A stretch of 64,000 nucleotides of DNA from positions 21,384 through 85,383 of the forward strand of contig CAZXEE010000003.1 in the NCBI GenBank assembly GCA_964639785.1. Reading direction: 5' to 3'. The translations under genes were made by a program, and so were the position numbers. The DNA is from an uncultured Gammaproteobacteria bacterium. GTDB lineage: Bacteria; Patescibacteriota; Patescibacteriia; Patescibacteriales; UBA12465. Below are positions 25,860-34,766 of this stretch, piece after piece (the stretch's first letter is position 1; each line of letters starts with the position of its first letter). The notes beneath the pieces were generated by a model. The model was not told where the DNA came from. It was given only the letters and a program-made list of their open reading frames with translations, and did not search any database.

Positions 25860-26936
25860 ATGGAGAAAATTACTGAATTTCAGAATGCCTTGGCGTCTAA
25901 AGCCTTCGAGTCTGAAAAGACTTTGGGGCGCAAGAACCAGGATGATCCGGAGCAGTTTCTTTTTGGGATTTTAGATCCCTTCGAAATTGACATTTGGAAA
26001 ATCAAACAATCAAAAAGCCTTCGGGCTTTGAATGGCAAGACTCAAGTCTGGCCGGTAGCCGACAATCCTTTGGTCAGGAATCGATTGACGCACACCCTGG
26101 AAGTGGAATCTCTGGCCAGTTTGATAGCTCGCGTTTTGGGACTTAATGACAAGCTGACAAGCGCTATCGCCTTGGCTCATGATTTGGGTCATGCTCCTTT
26201 CGGACACATGTTTGAGAGGGTGATCAGTCGGATTGTTGGAGATGAATTCCGACACGAAATATTCGGACCGATTTTAATTCAGGAAATTGAACGGCAGGGG
26301 CGAGGACTGAATCTGTCTTTCGAAGTTTTGGAAGGAGTCACTAGGCATTCCCGGGGTGGTGGCAGTTTGATAGTCGAAGAAGGCTTTCCGTTGGAGTACG
26401 ACGTTGTCATGTACGCTGATAAGCTGGCCTATCTGTTTTCTGATATTAATGATGCCGTTCGGCAGAATTATATTCAGATTAAAGATATGCCGGAATCTTT
26501 GAAATTCTTAGGCGACAATCAGAGGGCTCAGATCAACTCTTGCCTGGCAGCCCTTTTTAAAGAAAGCGCTGAGCGCGGTTATGTTTCTTTTGCTAACTCG
26601 CCTGAAGCGGCAGCTTTTGAGACTTGTCGGAAATGGATGTATCGGAATGTTTATGAAAAATTGGACCTTGATAAGGGTCGCATTGATCATGAACAAGACA
26701 TTGAGAATGCTTTTTCCTTCGTCCATAATTATTTTTGTCTGGAGATGGCTGACGCAGCCGTTGTTTTGGCCACCATGACTGACAGGGAAGTGTTATTGCT
26801 TTCTAAACTGAAGAATGATGCCAGGATAATCGATGTTCAGAATCTTAATCAGATGGGATTTGTGGAACGTTTGGAATATTGCAAGGGCGTCGGTTTCAGC
26901 AAGGAGGATATTGATTTTTCCTGGGCTGGGAAGTGA
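25860..26936 (+). CDS. HD-domain dGTP/dNTP triphosphohydrolase-like protein
   Basis: The Dgt-family core KTQVWPVADNPLVRNRLTHTLEVESLA...AIALAHDLGHAPFGH is present. At 358 aa it is shorter than a classical Dgt. Confidence 0.8.
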   Translation: MEKITEFQNALASKAFESEKTLGRKNQDDPEQFLFGILDPFEIDIWKIKQSKSLRALNGKTQVWPVADNPLVRNRLTHTLEVESLASLIARVLGLNDKLTSAIALAHDLGHAPFGHMFERVISRIVGDEFRHEIFGPILIQEIERQGRGLNLSFEVLEGVTRHSRGGGSLIVEEGFPLEYDVVMYADKLAYLFSDINDAVRQNYIQIKDMPESLKFLGDNQRAQINSCLAALFKESAERGYVSFANSPEAAAFETCRKWMYRNVYEKLDLDKGRIDHEQDIENAFSFVHNYFCLEMADAAVVLATMTDREVLLLSKLKNDARIIDVQNLNQMGFVERLEYCKGVGFSKEDIDFSWAGK

Positions 26937-26961
26937 TTCTAAGGAGAAAAAACAAAACAAA

Positions 26962-26988
26962 AACGGGTTAACCAATAACCCGTTTTTT
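26962..26988. terminator. Bidirectional terminator between convergent genes
   Basis: The stem AACGGGTTA 26962-26970 / TAACCCGTT 26976-26984 is followed by a T-run and preceded by an A-rich tract. Confidence 0.7.
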
Positions 26989-26998
26989 ATTTTATCAA

Positions 26999-27505
26999 TT
27001 AAAGAGTATGTTCCAAAAATATTTTTAACCCTATCAGGATCAATATTATGCCGCCGGCTATTTCAGCTTTGCGGCCTAGGATGTTCTGAGCTTTCTTGCC
27101 GATCCTGGTTCCTATGATAGTCATGAAAAAAGAAGCTAAGCCGATGGTTGTTGTCGGCCAGAATAAAGGTTCTTTCAAGAAAGCGAAGCTGATACCCACC
27201 GCCAAGGCATCGATACTGGTAGCGATAGATAGGAGCAATATCATCCGGTTGCTCGAGAAATTTATTTTCTTTTCTTCCTTGTCCTCGATAGCTTCATAGA
27301 GCATTTTGCCGCCGATGATGATCAATAATGACAAGGCTATCCAATGATCAGCGCCTTCGATCAGGCTTCTGAAGCTGAAGGCTCCCAGCCATCCGAGCAA
27401 GAACATGCCGGCTTGGAATAATCCAAAAAAGACCGACAGCTTCAGGGCTATGTTTTTCTTTTCATTGGCTGCTCCGGCTGACAAAGAGATGGCAAAACAA
27501 TCCAT
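26999..27505 (-). CDS. mntP: Manganese efflux pump MntP (DUF204 family)
   Basis: MDCFAISLSAGA is the family MDAFAVS motif, and the internal repeat SIDALAVGISFA is present. The true start is probably upstream (see findings). Confidence 0.8.
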   Translation of the reverse strand: MDCFAISLSAGAANEKKNIALKLSVFFGLFQAGMFLLGWLGAFSFRSLIEGADHWIALSLLIIIGGKMLYEAIEDKEEKKINFSSNRMILLLSIATSIDALAVGISFAFLKEPLFWPTTTIGLASFFMTIIGTRIGKKAQNILGRKAEIAGGIILILIGLKIFLEHTL

Positions 27506-27563
27506 GGCCAGGCTGAGAGCGATAAAGATGATAGTTAATGATTCTATTTGTTTTTATTTAATG

Positions 27564-27637
27564 TGGATTATAGTGGACTCGAACCACTGACCTTTCCGAT
27601 GTGAACGGAACGCTCTAACCAACTGAGCTAATAATCC
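27564..27637 (-). tRNA. tRNA-Val (anticodon CAC)
   Basis: The reverse complement reads GGATTAT-TA-GCTC-AGTTGGTTA-GAGC-G-TTCCG-TTCACAT-CGGAA..AGTGG-TTCGAGT-CCACT-ATAATCC-A. Confidence 0.9.
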
Positions 27638-27673
27638 TCCCGGATTCCATTGTACTAGAATTTAAAATAAAAT

Positions 27674-27700
27674 AAAGAGCTGGTCGCTCTTTATTTTTTT
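27674..27700. terminator. Terminator hairpin after the 27725-28201 gene
   Basis: The stem AAAGAGC 27674-27680 / GCTCTTT 27686-27692 has A/T runs on both sides. Confidence 0.6.
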
Positions 27701-27724
27701 ATCTTTAATTATAAGATTTTATTA

Positions 27725-28201
27725 TTATTCTAACTCCCCGATAATTACAGTATAATTGTGTCCATATTTCTTGGCACACTTCGGACAGGTAGTATACCAC
27801 ATATACCATTTCTTTATCTTCTTGCCTTTCTTCTCAACAAGCGCCTTGAAGTCTTGGCACCATTTGTCGGTATCCTTGAAATTGCCTTCATAGACTTGGC
27901 TATAGAAATTGCCGCTGAGGCTTACATTATCAGCTCCGGCAATATCTTGGTCAACAGCTAGATAGATGTCCATCTTCCATCTGGAGCGATGATCGGAAAG
28001 GCATAAGTTGTCCGGTATCTTGGCCCCGGATTTTTCGATAAAGGACATGGCTCGGGTTATGATTTTCCCGAAGTTGAGCGGCATGTAGAAAAAAGTACAG
28101 ACTTTTTCTTTTATAAATTTCTTATTGTCCCATGTGAACTCTTTATCGGTCCAAGGGGCAGGATCGAATTTGGGACAGCATTCTTTTTCGGTTTTGGGCA
28201 T
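27725..28201 (-). CDS. Conserved hypothetical Cys-rich protein (CCPKFDP ... TTCPKCAKKYG)
   Basis: The 158-aa protein has an N-terminal CCPKFDPAPW and a C-terminal WYMWYTTCPKCAKKYGHNY. I recall similar unannotated proteins in anaerobes and methanogens but cannot name the family. Confidence 0.65.
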   Translation of the reverse strand: MPKTEKECCPKFDPAPWTDKEFTWDNKKFIKEKVCTFFYMPLNFGKIITRAMSFIEKSGAKIPDNLCLSDHRSRWKMDIYLAVDQDIAGADNVSLSGNFYSQVYEGNFKDTDKWCQDFKALVEKKGKKIKKWYMWYTTCPKCAKKYGHNYTVIIGELE

Positions 28202-28301
28202 AGTTTTGAAGTTAGTTTATATATCTTTATTATACAACAAGTAAGAAAAATAAATAACCATTAAAACAAAAAACAGCCTCAGAGTTGAGACTGTTTTTTT
28301 G

Positions 28302-28375
28302 TGGACCCTATCGGATTCGAACCGATGACCCTCTGCTTGCAAAGCAGATGCTCTAGCCAGCTGAGCTAAGGGCCC
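28302..28375 (-). tRNA. tRNA-Cys (anticodon GCA)
   Basis: The reverse complement reads GGGCCCT-TA-GCTC-AGCTGGCTA-GAGC-A-TCTGC-TTTGCAA-GCAGA..ATCGG-TTCGAAT-CCGAT-AGGGTCC-A. Confidence 0.9.
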
Positions 28376-28426
28376 AATAGCGTTGGTAATATAATAACCA
28401 ACGTTTATCAGAAAGTCAATAACTGT

Positions 28427-28678
28427 CTATTGGCGGACGCGGATCAATGGGGACAAGGCCCAGTTCATGAAGTTTCCCATGAGTCCGGTCATGAATAATA
28501 GTCCGGCAAAGATAGCCAGGAGCCCCATCAATTTATAGCCTAAGCGGCTGCCGCCTTCAGCTCCTAAGTTTTTTTCGAACCAGGCGACTCGGCCGAAGTT
28601 CTGCATCAGCCACTCGGTCTTCATGACGATCAAGGTGCCGACGACTACTAATACTAATCCAAAAAGAATTCCTCCCAT
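28427..28678 (-). CDS. Small two-helix membrane protein
   Basis: The 83-aa protein has two hydrophobic segments. It lies 14 nt downstream of the M23 peptidase gene on the same strand. Confidence 0.5.
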   Translation of the reverse strand: MGGILFGLVLVVVGTLIVMKTEWLMQNFGRVAWFEKNLGAEGGSRLGYKLMGLLAIFAGLLFMTGLMGNFMNWALSPLIRVRQ

Positions 28679-28692
28679 ATTTTTTTATTTAA

Positions 28693-30087
28693 TTATTTTA
28701 TATAGTTAAGCGGATTTAATAATCTGCCATTGATGATGACCTCGAAGTGGATGTGTGGTCCGGTAGAGCGTCCGGTTGATCCCATAGCCGCTACAGCCTC
28801 GCCTCGGCTGACCCGGTCTCCGACTTTGACATAAAGCTTGGAAGCATGAGCATATCGGGTTTTGATTCCGCCGCCATGGTTGATCAAGACCATGTATCCA
28901 TAACCACCGCTATTCCAACCGGCTTTTTCAACGACACCGGCATCGGCGGCATATAACGGAGTGCCGACTTTGTTGGCGATATCCAAACCGGTATGGCGCC
29001 AAGAATAATACTGGGTGATGCGGTAGCCGACTGTCGGCCATTGCATCTTGTTGGCGCTTGGCTTGGCAGCGCTTGGCTTGACCAGGTCTTTGACGATCGA
29101 TGGCAAGCGATAGTTGGAAGTGGTTTTAGGTTTAGTGGTTACGGCGCTGGCTATCTTTTTGCCGTCAGGGATAATAATCATCTGGCCGATAGTTAACCGG
29201 CTATCGCTTGCTAATCCGTTAGCCAGGACGATCTTGTCTTTAGAAACATCGTATTTGTCGGCTATCTTCTGGAGATTCTCGCCGGAAACCACCTTATGGA
29301 TAATACCGGAAATCGGCAATATCTTCAGCTTGTCGCCTTGGCGGATGAAGCTATAGGCGGTCAGGTCGTTGGCCCACAATATAGTGTTGACGCTGATGCC
29401 GAATTCGCGCGCGATGGAGCTGACGGTATCACCGGCTTTGACAGTATATTCGATGGTGGTATTTCTTTCGACCTGGCTGGCAGTCGATCCGGTTCCGACA
29501 GTGATGGCGCTTGGTTTGATGATAGCTTCTCCGCTCTGAGTTAAGCAGCTAGCAGCATGGTCGCCGTCTACCGGAACGGTGTTGGTGGTTATCTTTCTTT
29601 CTGGCTGGACCGCATCATTGGCAACATACAAGGTTAGGGTGGTAGTGCAGGCGGCGGTCGGGCTGAGGCCTTCGACTATCAATTCTTCCGGAGCGGCAGT
29701 TTCGAATTCGTTCTGGGCTAGGTTAGCGGCTGTCGCTTTATACATTTTGTCGGTCTTGTCGCCGAAATTTTGTTTGTTAACCAAATTAAACCCGATGATT
29801 ATCAAAGCGATGACAGCGATGATGATCGGGGTTGAGACTTTCTTGATCAAGAAGAATTTAGAATGGTTCTTAAGATTGATTTCCCGGACTTTTTTCAGCA
29901 GCAAGATGTAATAGCCGTAGAGTCTGAGGAAGGGTTTGTAGAGGAAGGAGCGGAATAAGAAAGCTATTGGCTTGAAGATGATAAAAATAAAAAAACCACT
30001 AACTACTTTTTTGATGAAGATCAAGGATTTTAGTAGTGGTATTAGGATTTCAATCAATATGTTTTTAGCTCTTTGTTTTTGGCTCAT
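28693..30087 (-). CDS. Membrane-anchored LysM-domain M23 metallopeptidase
   Basis: Two LysM repeats (YTVKAGDTVSSIAREFGISVNTILWANDL; HKVVSGENLQKIADKYDVSKDKIVLANGL) are present. The M23 core is HTGLDIA...GSTGRSTGPHIHFEV. Confidence 0.85.
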   Translation of the reverse strand: MSQKQRAKNILIEILIPLLKSLIFIKKVVSGFFIFIIFKPIAFLFRSFLYKPFLRLYGYYILLLKKVREINLKNHSKFFLIKKVSTPIIIAVIALIIIGFNLVNKQNFGDKTDKMYKATAANLAQNEFETAAPEELIVEGLSPTAACTTTLTLYVANDAVQPERKITTNTVPVDGDHAASCLTQSGEAIIKPSAITVGTGSTASQVERNTTIEYTVKAGDTVSSIAREFGISVNTILWANDLTAYSFIRQGDKLKILPISGIIHKVVSGENLQKIADKYDVSKDKIVLANGLASDSRLTIGQMIIIPDGKKIASAVTTKPKTTSNYRLPSIVKDLVKPSAAKPSANKMQWPTVGYRITQYYSWRHTGLDIANKVGTPLYAADAGVVEKAGWNSGGYGYMVLINHGGGIKTRYAHASKLYVKVGDRVSRGEAVAAMGSTGRSTGPHIHFEVIINGRLLNPLNYIK

Positions 30088-30191
30088 GAGCAGTATTTAT
30101 GATTACTATGGTATCATTTTTGTTGGTTATTAGTCAATTTGAGATAGAAATGTTATATTTATATCAATAAAAGATAATTAAATAAAAAATT

Positions 30192-30932
30192 ATGTACAAG
30201 ATAGTCTTAGTGCGCCATGGTCAGAGCACCTGGAATAAATCAAATCAATTCACCGGCTGGACCGATGTCGATTTGAGCCCTCAGGGAAAGAAAGAAGCAG
30301 CCATCGCCGCCCTTACCCTTCGGAAATATAGATATTCTTTTGATGAAGCTTTCCAGTCTGAGCTTAAGCGAGCCCAGAATACTTTGAAGATAATCTTGTT
30401 GGGTATGAAGCACAAGAAGATCCCGGTTGTAAATGATTGGAGATTGAATGAACGTCATTATGGCAATTTGCAGGGGTTAAATAAAGCCGAAACTAGGGAG
30501 AAATATGGGGACAAGCAGTTTATGCTCTGGCGCCGAGGTTATAGCGTCAGGCCGCCGGAGATCGAAAAGAAGAATCCGACCTATCAGGCTATCGCTGCCA
30601 ATCCAGCCTATAAGAATATCAAAGTTCCTAAGACTGAAAGTTTGGCGGACGTCGTTAAGCGCGTAGTACCTTTCTGGAAAAAGGAGATTATTCCCGAGCT
30701 TAAATCTGGAAAGAAGATTTTAATAGCTGCTTCCGGTAATAGCTTGAGAGCTTTAGTTAAATACCTGGATAAGGTTTCTGTTAAAGATATTATGGAATTA
30801 AACATCCCGACCGCCATTCCTTTGGTCTATGAATTGGATGACAAATTCCAGCCAATCAAGCATTATTATCTGGGAGATCAGAAGAAGATCAAGGAGGCGA
30901 TTGAAGGAGTTAAAAACCAAGGAAAAAAGTAG
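30192..30932 (+). CDS. gpmA: 2,3-bisphosphoglycerate-dependent phosphoglycerate mutase
   Basis: The motifs LVRHGQSTWN, LNERHYG and SGNSLRALV are present. Confidence 0.9.
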   Translation: MYKIVLVRHGQSTWNKSNQFTGWTDVDLSPQGKKEAAIAALTLRKYRYSFDEAFQSELKRAQNTLKIILLGMKHKKIPVVNDWRLNERHYGNLQGLNKAETREKYGDKQFMLWRRGYSVRPPEIEKKNPTYQAIAANPAYKNIKVPKTESLADVVKRVVPFWKKEIIPELKSGKKILIAASGNSLRALVKYLDKVSVKDIMELNIPTAIPLVYELDDKFQPIKHYYLGDQKKIKEAIEGVKNQGKK

Positions 30933-30967
30933 TATTTTGTCTGGAATAATTGTTAAACTAATTTTTT

Positions 30968-30999
30968 ACCTCGGATTGTTTATGCAGTCCGAGGTTTTT
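30968..30999 (+). terminator. Intrinsic terminator after gpmA
   Basis: The stem ACCTCGGA 30968-30975 / TCCGAGGT 30988-30995 is followed by TTTTT. Confidence 0.7.
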
Positions 31000-31009
31000 A
31001 TTTATAAAA

Positions 31010-31042
31010 AAAATGATCTTCAGGAATCTGAAAATCATTTTT
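31010..31042 (-). terminator. Intrinsic terminator after the 31070-32008 gene
   Basis: A 13-bp interrupted stem (AAAATGAT-c-TTCAG / CTGAA-a-ATCATTTT) has loop GAAT and is followed by T8 on the - strand. Confidence 0.65.
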
Positions 31043-31069
31043 CTCTTTATATATATTTTTTTCTTTGGA

Positions 31070-32008
31070 TTAATTCCCTGGCACTATTACCTCGAACGGT
31101 TTCTGGCTGCCATAGGCTTTAGGTCCGTAATCCTCACAGAATTTCTTGATGTTTCTCTTGAAGTAAGGCGGTTTGGATTCTTGGATATGGCCGATAATGG
31201 AATAGCCGAGACAGAGTATCAAGCCGAAATCAGCTGTCTTGGTAAGCTTGATGTCGAGACGATTTTTGGGATCACCAAAATATTTGTTGTTGATTCCTAG
31301 TCCGATAACTAACTCATTTTTGTCCTGGTGGACGAATTTAGCATGGCGGGAATGGCCTTCAGAATAGGCTCTGACTTGGAAATATGGTCCGAATAACTCG
31401 CGGCCCTTGATGTTCAGCATATCGCAGATCTCGATGAAACGGTCGGGCAGGACAAAGGAGTAATTGGAATAATTCTTGAAATTACGGGGCAATTTGACGG
31501 TTTTCAGGAAGCTTAGGATCTTTTTTGGATCTTCTTTGGTTAATGACAGGATCATGCCGAGATAGGTGGAAGTGTTGTAGGTATATGGTTCGCTCAGTTT
31601 TCTGAAAGAATAGACCTGGTCGGCAATCTTGGCTGCAGAAGAATCAGGCGAGCAGGTTAATAGGATGGTCTTTAACTTGTTCTTCTTGGCTAATTCTAGT
31701 TCCCAGACTGAATCTTTCTCGCCGGAAGCCGAAATGACTACCGCTTCCTTGATTTCTTTCTTCTTCAGGAGGGTTTGGTATTTTTTTATGGTAGCTTGAA
31801 AATTGCTTTCATCAGCAAAGATGGCCGGTTGGGAGGCAAACAGGATGGTGCCGGTGTTATAGGCATTGCCGCTGCCGATGACCAGGGGAAATTTTATCTT
31901 TTCGAACGGAACTCGGGGAGGCTTATTTTTTCCGAAGAATTCTAGCGCATTGTAGACAGCTTGGTTGAGGTTGATTAATTTCATATGAATTGTTAAATTA
32001 ATATCCAC
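31070..32008 (-). CDS. Hypothetical protein, possibly with a SIS (sugar isomerase)-like fold
   Basis: The ORF is 312 aa. Weak SIS-like patterns are present (PLVIGSGNAYNTG; AVVISASGEKDSVWELELAKK). The functional call is tentative. Confidence 0.55.
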   Translation of the reverse strand: MDINLTIHMKLINLNQAVYNALEFFGKNKPPRVPFEKIKFPLVIGSGNAYNTGTILFASQPAIFADESNFQATIKKYQTLLKKKEIKEAVVISASGEKDSVWELELAKKNKLKTILLTCSPDSSAAKIADQVYSFRKLSEPYTYNTSTYLGMILSLTKEDPKKILSFLKTVKLPRNFKNYSNYSFVLPDRFIEICDMLNIKGRELFGPYFQVRAYSEGHSRHAKFVHQDKNELVIGLGINNKYFGDPKNRLDIKLTKTADFGLILCLGYSIIGHIQESKPPYFKRNIKKFCEDYGPKAYGSQKPFEVIVPGN

Positions 32009-32093
32009 CTTCTAATTATAATTTAGATTGATTTTTTTAGCAATTTATTATAATATTGAAGTACTTTATATTCATTAATTTATAAGAGATAAT

Positions 32094-32813
32094 ATGTCAG
32101 GACACTCAAAATGGGCGACGACTCATCGCCAGAAAGAAATAGTTGATGCCAAGCGCGGAGCTATCTTTACCAAATTAGCCAATATCATCACTATCGCTGC
32201 CAAGCAAGGCGGGGATGTTAACGCCAACCCGTCTTTGCGGAGCGCCGTTGAAAAGGCTCGGGCCGCTTCAATGCCGAAAGATAATATCGAAAGGGCTATC
32301 AAAAAAGGTACTGGAGAATTAGCTGGAGAGCAGATCGAAGAATTATACTATGAAGCTATCGGTCCCGGTAACTCCCAATTCGTCATCAAGTGCGTAACCG
32401 ACAACAAGAATCGGAGCGCCGGTAATGTCCGCCATATATTCAGCAAGAATGGCGGAGCTTTTGGCAACGTCATTTGGAATTTTGAGAAGAAAGGCGTGAT
32501 TATGGTAGAAAACAGCGAATTATCCGCCAAAAATATCAGTTTTGATGACTTGGAATTAGAATTGATCGATGCCGGAATCGATGACCTATTAAAAGAGGAA
32601 GAAGGCCTAACCATTTATACCAAGATTGATAAATTACAAAGTGTCGTTTCCTTTTTAGAATCTAAAGGATTGAAAGTCGAGTCTTCTGATATAGAGTATG
32701 TGGCCAAGGAAAAGCAGGAATTGAAAGATAATGAAAAGAACGCCATTGATAAGATTATGGAAGCGCTCGAAGATGATGAAGACGTCAGTGATTATTATAC
32801 CAACATCATATGA
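32094..32813 (+). CDS. yebC: YebC/PmpR-family transcriptional regulator
   Basis: The N-terminus MSGHSKWATTHRQKEIVDAKRGAIFTKL is the family signature. Confidence 0.9.
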   Translation: MSGHSKWATTHRQKEIVDAKRGAIFTKLANIITIAAKQGGDVNANPSLRSAVEKARAASMPKDNIERAIKKGTGELAGEQIEELYYEAIGPGNSQFVIKCVTDNKNRSAGNVRHIFSKNGGAFGNVIWNFEKKGVIMVENSELSAKNISFDDLELELIDAGIDDLLKEEEGLTIYTKIDKLQSVVSFLESKGLKVESSDIEYVAKEKQELKDNEKNAIDKIMEALEDDEDVSDYYTNII

Positions 32814-33289
32814 TAATTTTGGGGATTGACCCGGGAATTGCCGATACTGGCTGGGGGTTGATTGAAAAGGATGCTCGAGGCCGCGTTTCTCATATCGCTC
32901 ATGGCTCGATCAAGACTCCTAAGACCAGCAGTCTGCCCGAAAGGTTAGTTTCTCTCTATACTCAACTCAATGGAATAATAGAAAAATATCAGCCTCAAGC
33001 GGCCGCGATTGAAGAGCTTTTTTTTAGTAAAAACGTTAAGACGGCTTTGACTGTCGGCCAAGCTCGCGGCGTGATTCTGTTAGCATTAAAGAAACATAAA
33101 ATCTCGATTAACGAATTCAAGCCGAATCAAGTCAAGCAGGCTGTGACCGCTTATGGCCAGGCCGGAAAATTACAAGTACAGAAGATGGTAAAATTGATTT
33201 TAAGCTTAAAAGAAATACCAAAGCCTGACGATGCGGCCGATGCGTTGGCCTTAGCTATTTGTCTGAGCGCTATCAAAAATTATGGCTAA
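32810..33289 (+). CDS. ruvC: Holliday junction resolvase RuvC
   Basis: The motifs ILGIDPGIADTGWGLIE, AIEELFF and DAADALALAIC are present. Its ATG overlaps the yebC stop (ATGA). Confidence 0.9.
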   Translation: MIILGIDPGIADTGWGLIEKDARGRVSHIAHGSIKTPKTSSLPERLVSLYTQLNGIIEKYQPQAAAIEELFFSKNVKTALTVGQARGVILLALKKHKISINEFKPNQVKQAVTAYGQAGKLQVQKMVKLILSLKEIPKPDDAADALALAICLSAIKNYG

Positions 33290-34766
33290 AATAAAGATTG
33301 TCCATATCGCCTCCGAAGTGGCGCCTTTCTCCAAGACTGGCGGTTTAGGAGACGTCAGCCGCAGCTTGCCTAAGGCCCAGAGCCGTTTGGGGCATGACGT
33401 GATGATCATCACGCCTTTTTATGAAAAGGCGATTGACATGGAAAAATATGACTTGAAACCGGTATTCAAGAATGTGAAGATCTATCTGAATTCTGTCGAT
33501 CAGGTCGAAGTAACTTATTGGAAAGGCTATCTAATGGAAGATCTGCCGGTCTATTTTATCGAGAATAAAAAATATTTTTCCAAGAAGAAAAAGCTCTATG
33601 GCTCTTCTCATGAGAATGCCCGCTTTTTAGTTTTCGACGTAGCAGCCTTGAAGTTATTGTCTTTGCTCAAGTTCAAGGCGGATATTGTCCATTGCCATGA
33701 CTGGCAGACCGGCCTGATTCCTTTCTTTTTGAATAATGATTTCCGCTATTCCAAAACCTTGAAAAAAGCGCGGACCATCTTTACTATCCATAACCTGGTT
33801 TTCCAGTTAGGCCATAATTGGTGGGAAGTGCCATTAGCTGACCGTGACTATGGCCGGAAGAGGATTCCTCATTTGGATAATCCGTCTATTGAAAACATCA
33901 ATTTTGCTAAGCGCGCTATCTTATCATCGGATATTATCAATACCGTGAGCGAACAGTATCGGGACGAGATCATGACTAAGCGTTTCGGCCAAGACTTGCA
34001 GCGTATCTTGAAGAATCGGTCTGACCGCCTTTTCGGAATCATCAATGGTATCGATTACAATGCTTATAATCCGGAGAATGATACTTCCTTGTTCCGTAAT
34101 TATAATTATGAGAAAGTGGGAGGAAAGACTGACAACAAGAAAGCTTTGCAGAAAAAATTTGGTTTGCCGGTCGATCCCAAGATCCCATTATTATGCGCGA
34201 CTTCCCGGGTTACTTTCCAAAAAGGCTTTGAGCAGATTATCCGTCTCTTGCCGCAATTCTTGCGGCTTGATGCCCAGTTTGTGTTTATCGGCTCCGGTGA
34301 CAAGAGATATATCAAGGAGCTATTAAAGATCGCTCGCAAGCATCCGAAGAAGATCGTGGTGATTCCATCCCATGAAGAGAATCAGAAATATGAAACCCTG
34401 GTTTATGCCGGTTCTGATTTTTTCTTGTTGCCTTCTGTCCACGAACCCTGCGGTATCAATCAGTTGATAGCCATGCGTTATGGCTGCATTCCGATAGTGC
34501 GCGAAGTTGGAGGATTATATGATACGGTCAGCAACTACAACCCCAGTACCGGTTCCGGTAGTGGTTTTACTTTCAAGGGTGAAGACGACTTCTCTTTTTA
34601 TTCAGCTATCATCCGCGGTCTAGAAAATTATCGCCATTTGGATTCTTGGAAAGAGTTGGTCGAGAAAGCGATGCAAGAATCTAATAGTTGGGAAATTCCG
34701 GCCAAGAAATATATCAAGCTATATCGTAAAGCGATGAAGCTTAAGAAAAATAATCATGGAAAATAA
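33282..34766 (+). CDS. glgA: Glycogen (starch) synthase, GT5
   Basis: The motif IVHIASEVAPFSKTGGLGDV (KTGGL) is present, with HCHDWQTGLIP and a C-terminal PSVHEPCGINQL. Confidence 0.9.
   Translation: MAKIKIVHIASEVAPFSKTGGLGDVSRSLPKAQSRLGHDVMIITPFYEKAIDMEKYDLKPVFKNVKIYLNSVDQVEVTYWKGYLMEDLPVYFIENKKYFSKKKKLYGSSHENARFLVFDVAALKLLSLLKFKADIVHCHDWQTGLIPFFLNNDFRYSKTLKKARTIFTIHNLVFQLGHNWWEVPLADRDYGRKRIPHLDNPSIENINFAKRAILSSDIINTVSEQYRDEIMTKRFGQDLQRILKNRSDRLFGIINGIDYNAYNPENDTSLFRNYNYEKVGGKTDNKKALQKKFGLPVDPKIPLLCATSRVTFQKGFEQIIRLLPQFLRLDAQFVFIGSGDKRYIKELLKIARKHPKKIVVIPSHEENQKYETLVYAGSDFFLLPSVHEPCGINQLIAMRYGCIPIVREVGGLYDTVSNYNPSTGSGSGFTFKGEDDFSFYSAIIRGLENYRHLDSWKELVEKAMQESNSWEIPAKKYIKLYRKAMKLKKNNHGK

Noticed and set aside
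25860..26936. I considered the HD-domain dGTPase-like gene as an anti-phage dNTP-depletion defence gene.
   Set aside because: The neighbours (redox trio, mntP, tRNAs) are not defence-like, and housekeeping Dgt-like proteins share the same motifs. Nothing in the sequence discriminates between the two roles.
32810..32813. I considered an alternative genetic code (UGA as a sense codon, as in some candidate phyla).
   Set aside because: TGA terminates yebC exactly at the expected C-terminus (ATGA overlap with ruvC). All conserved genes are uninterrupted under code 11.
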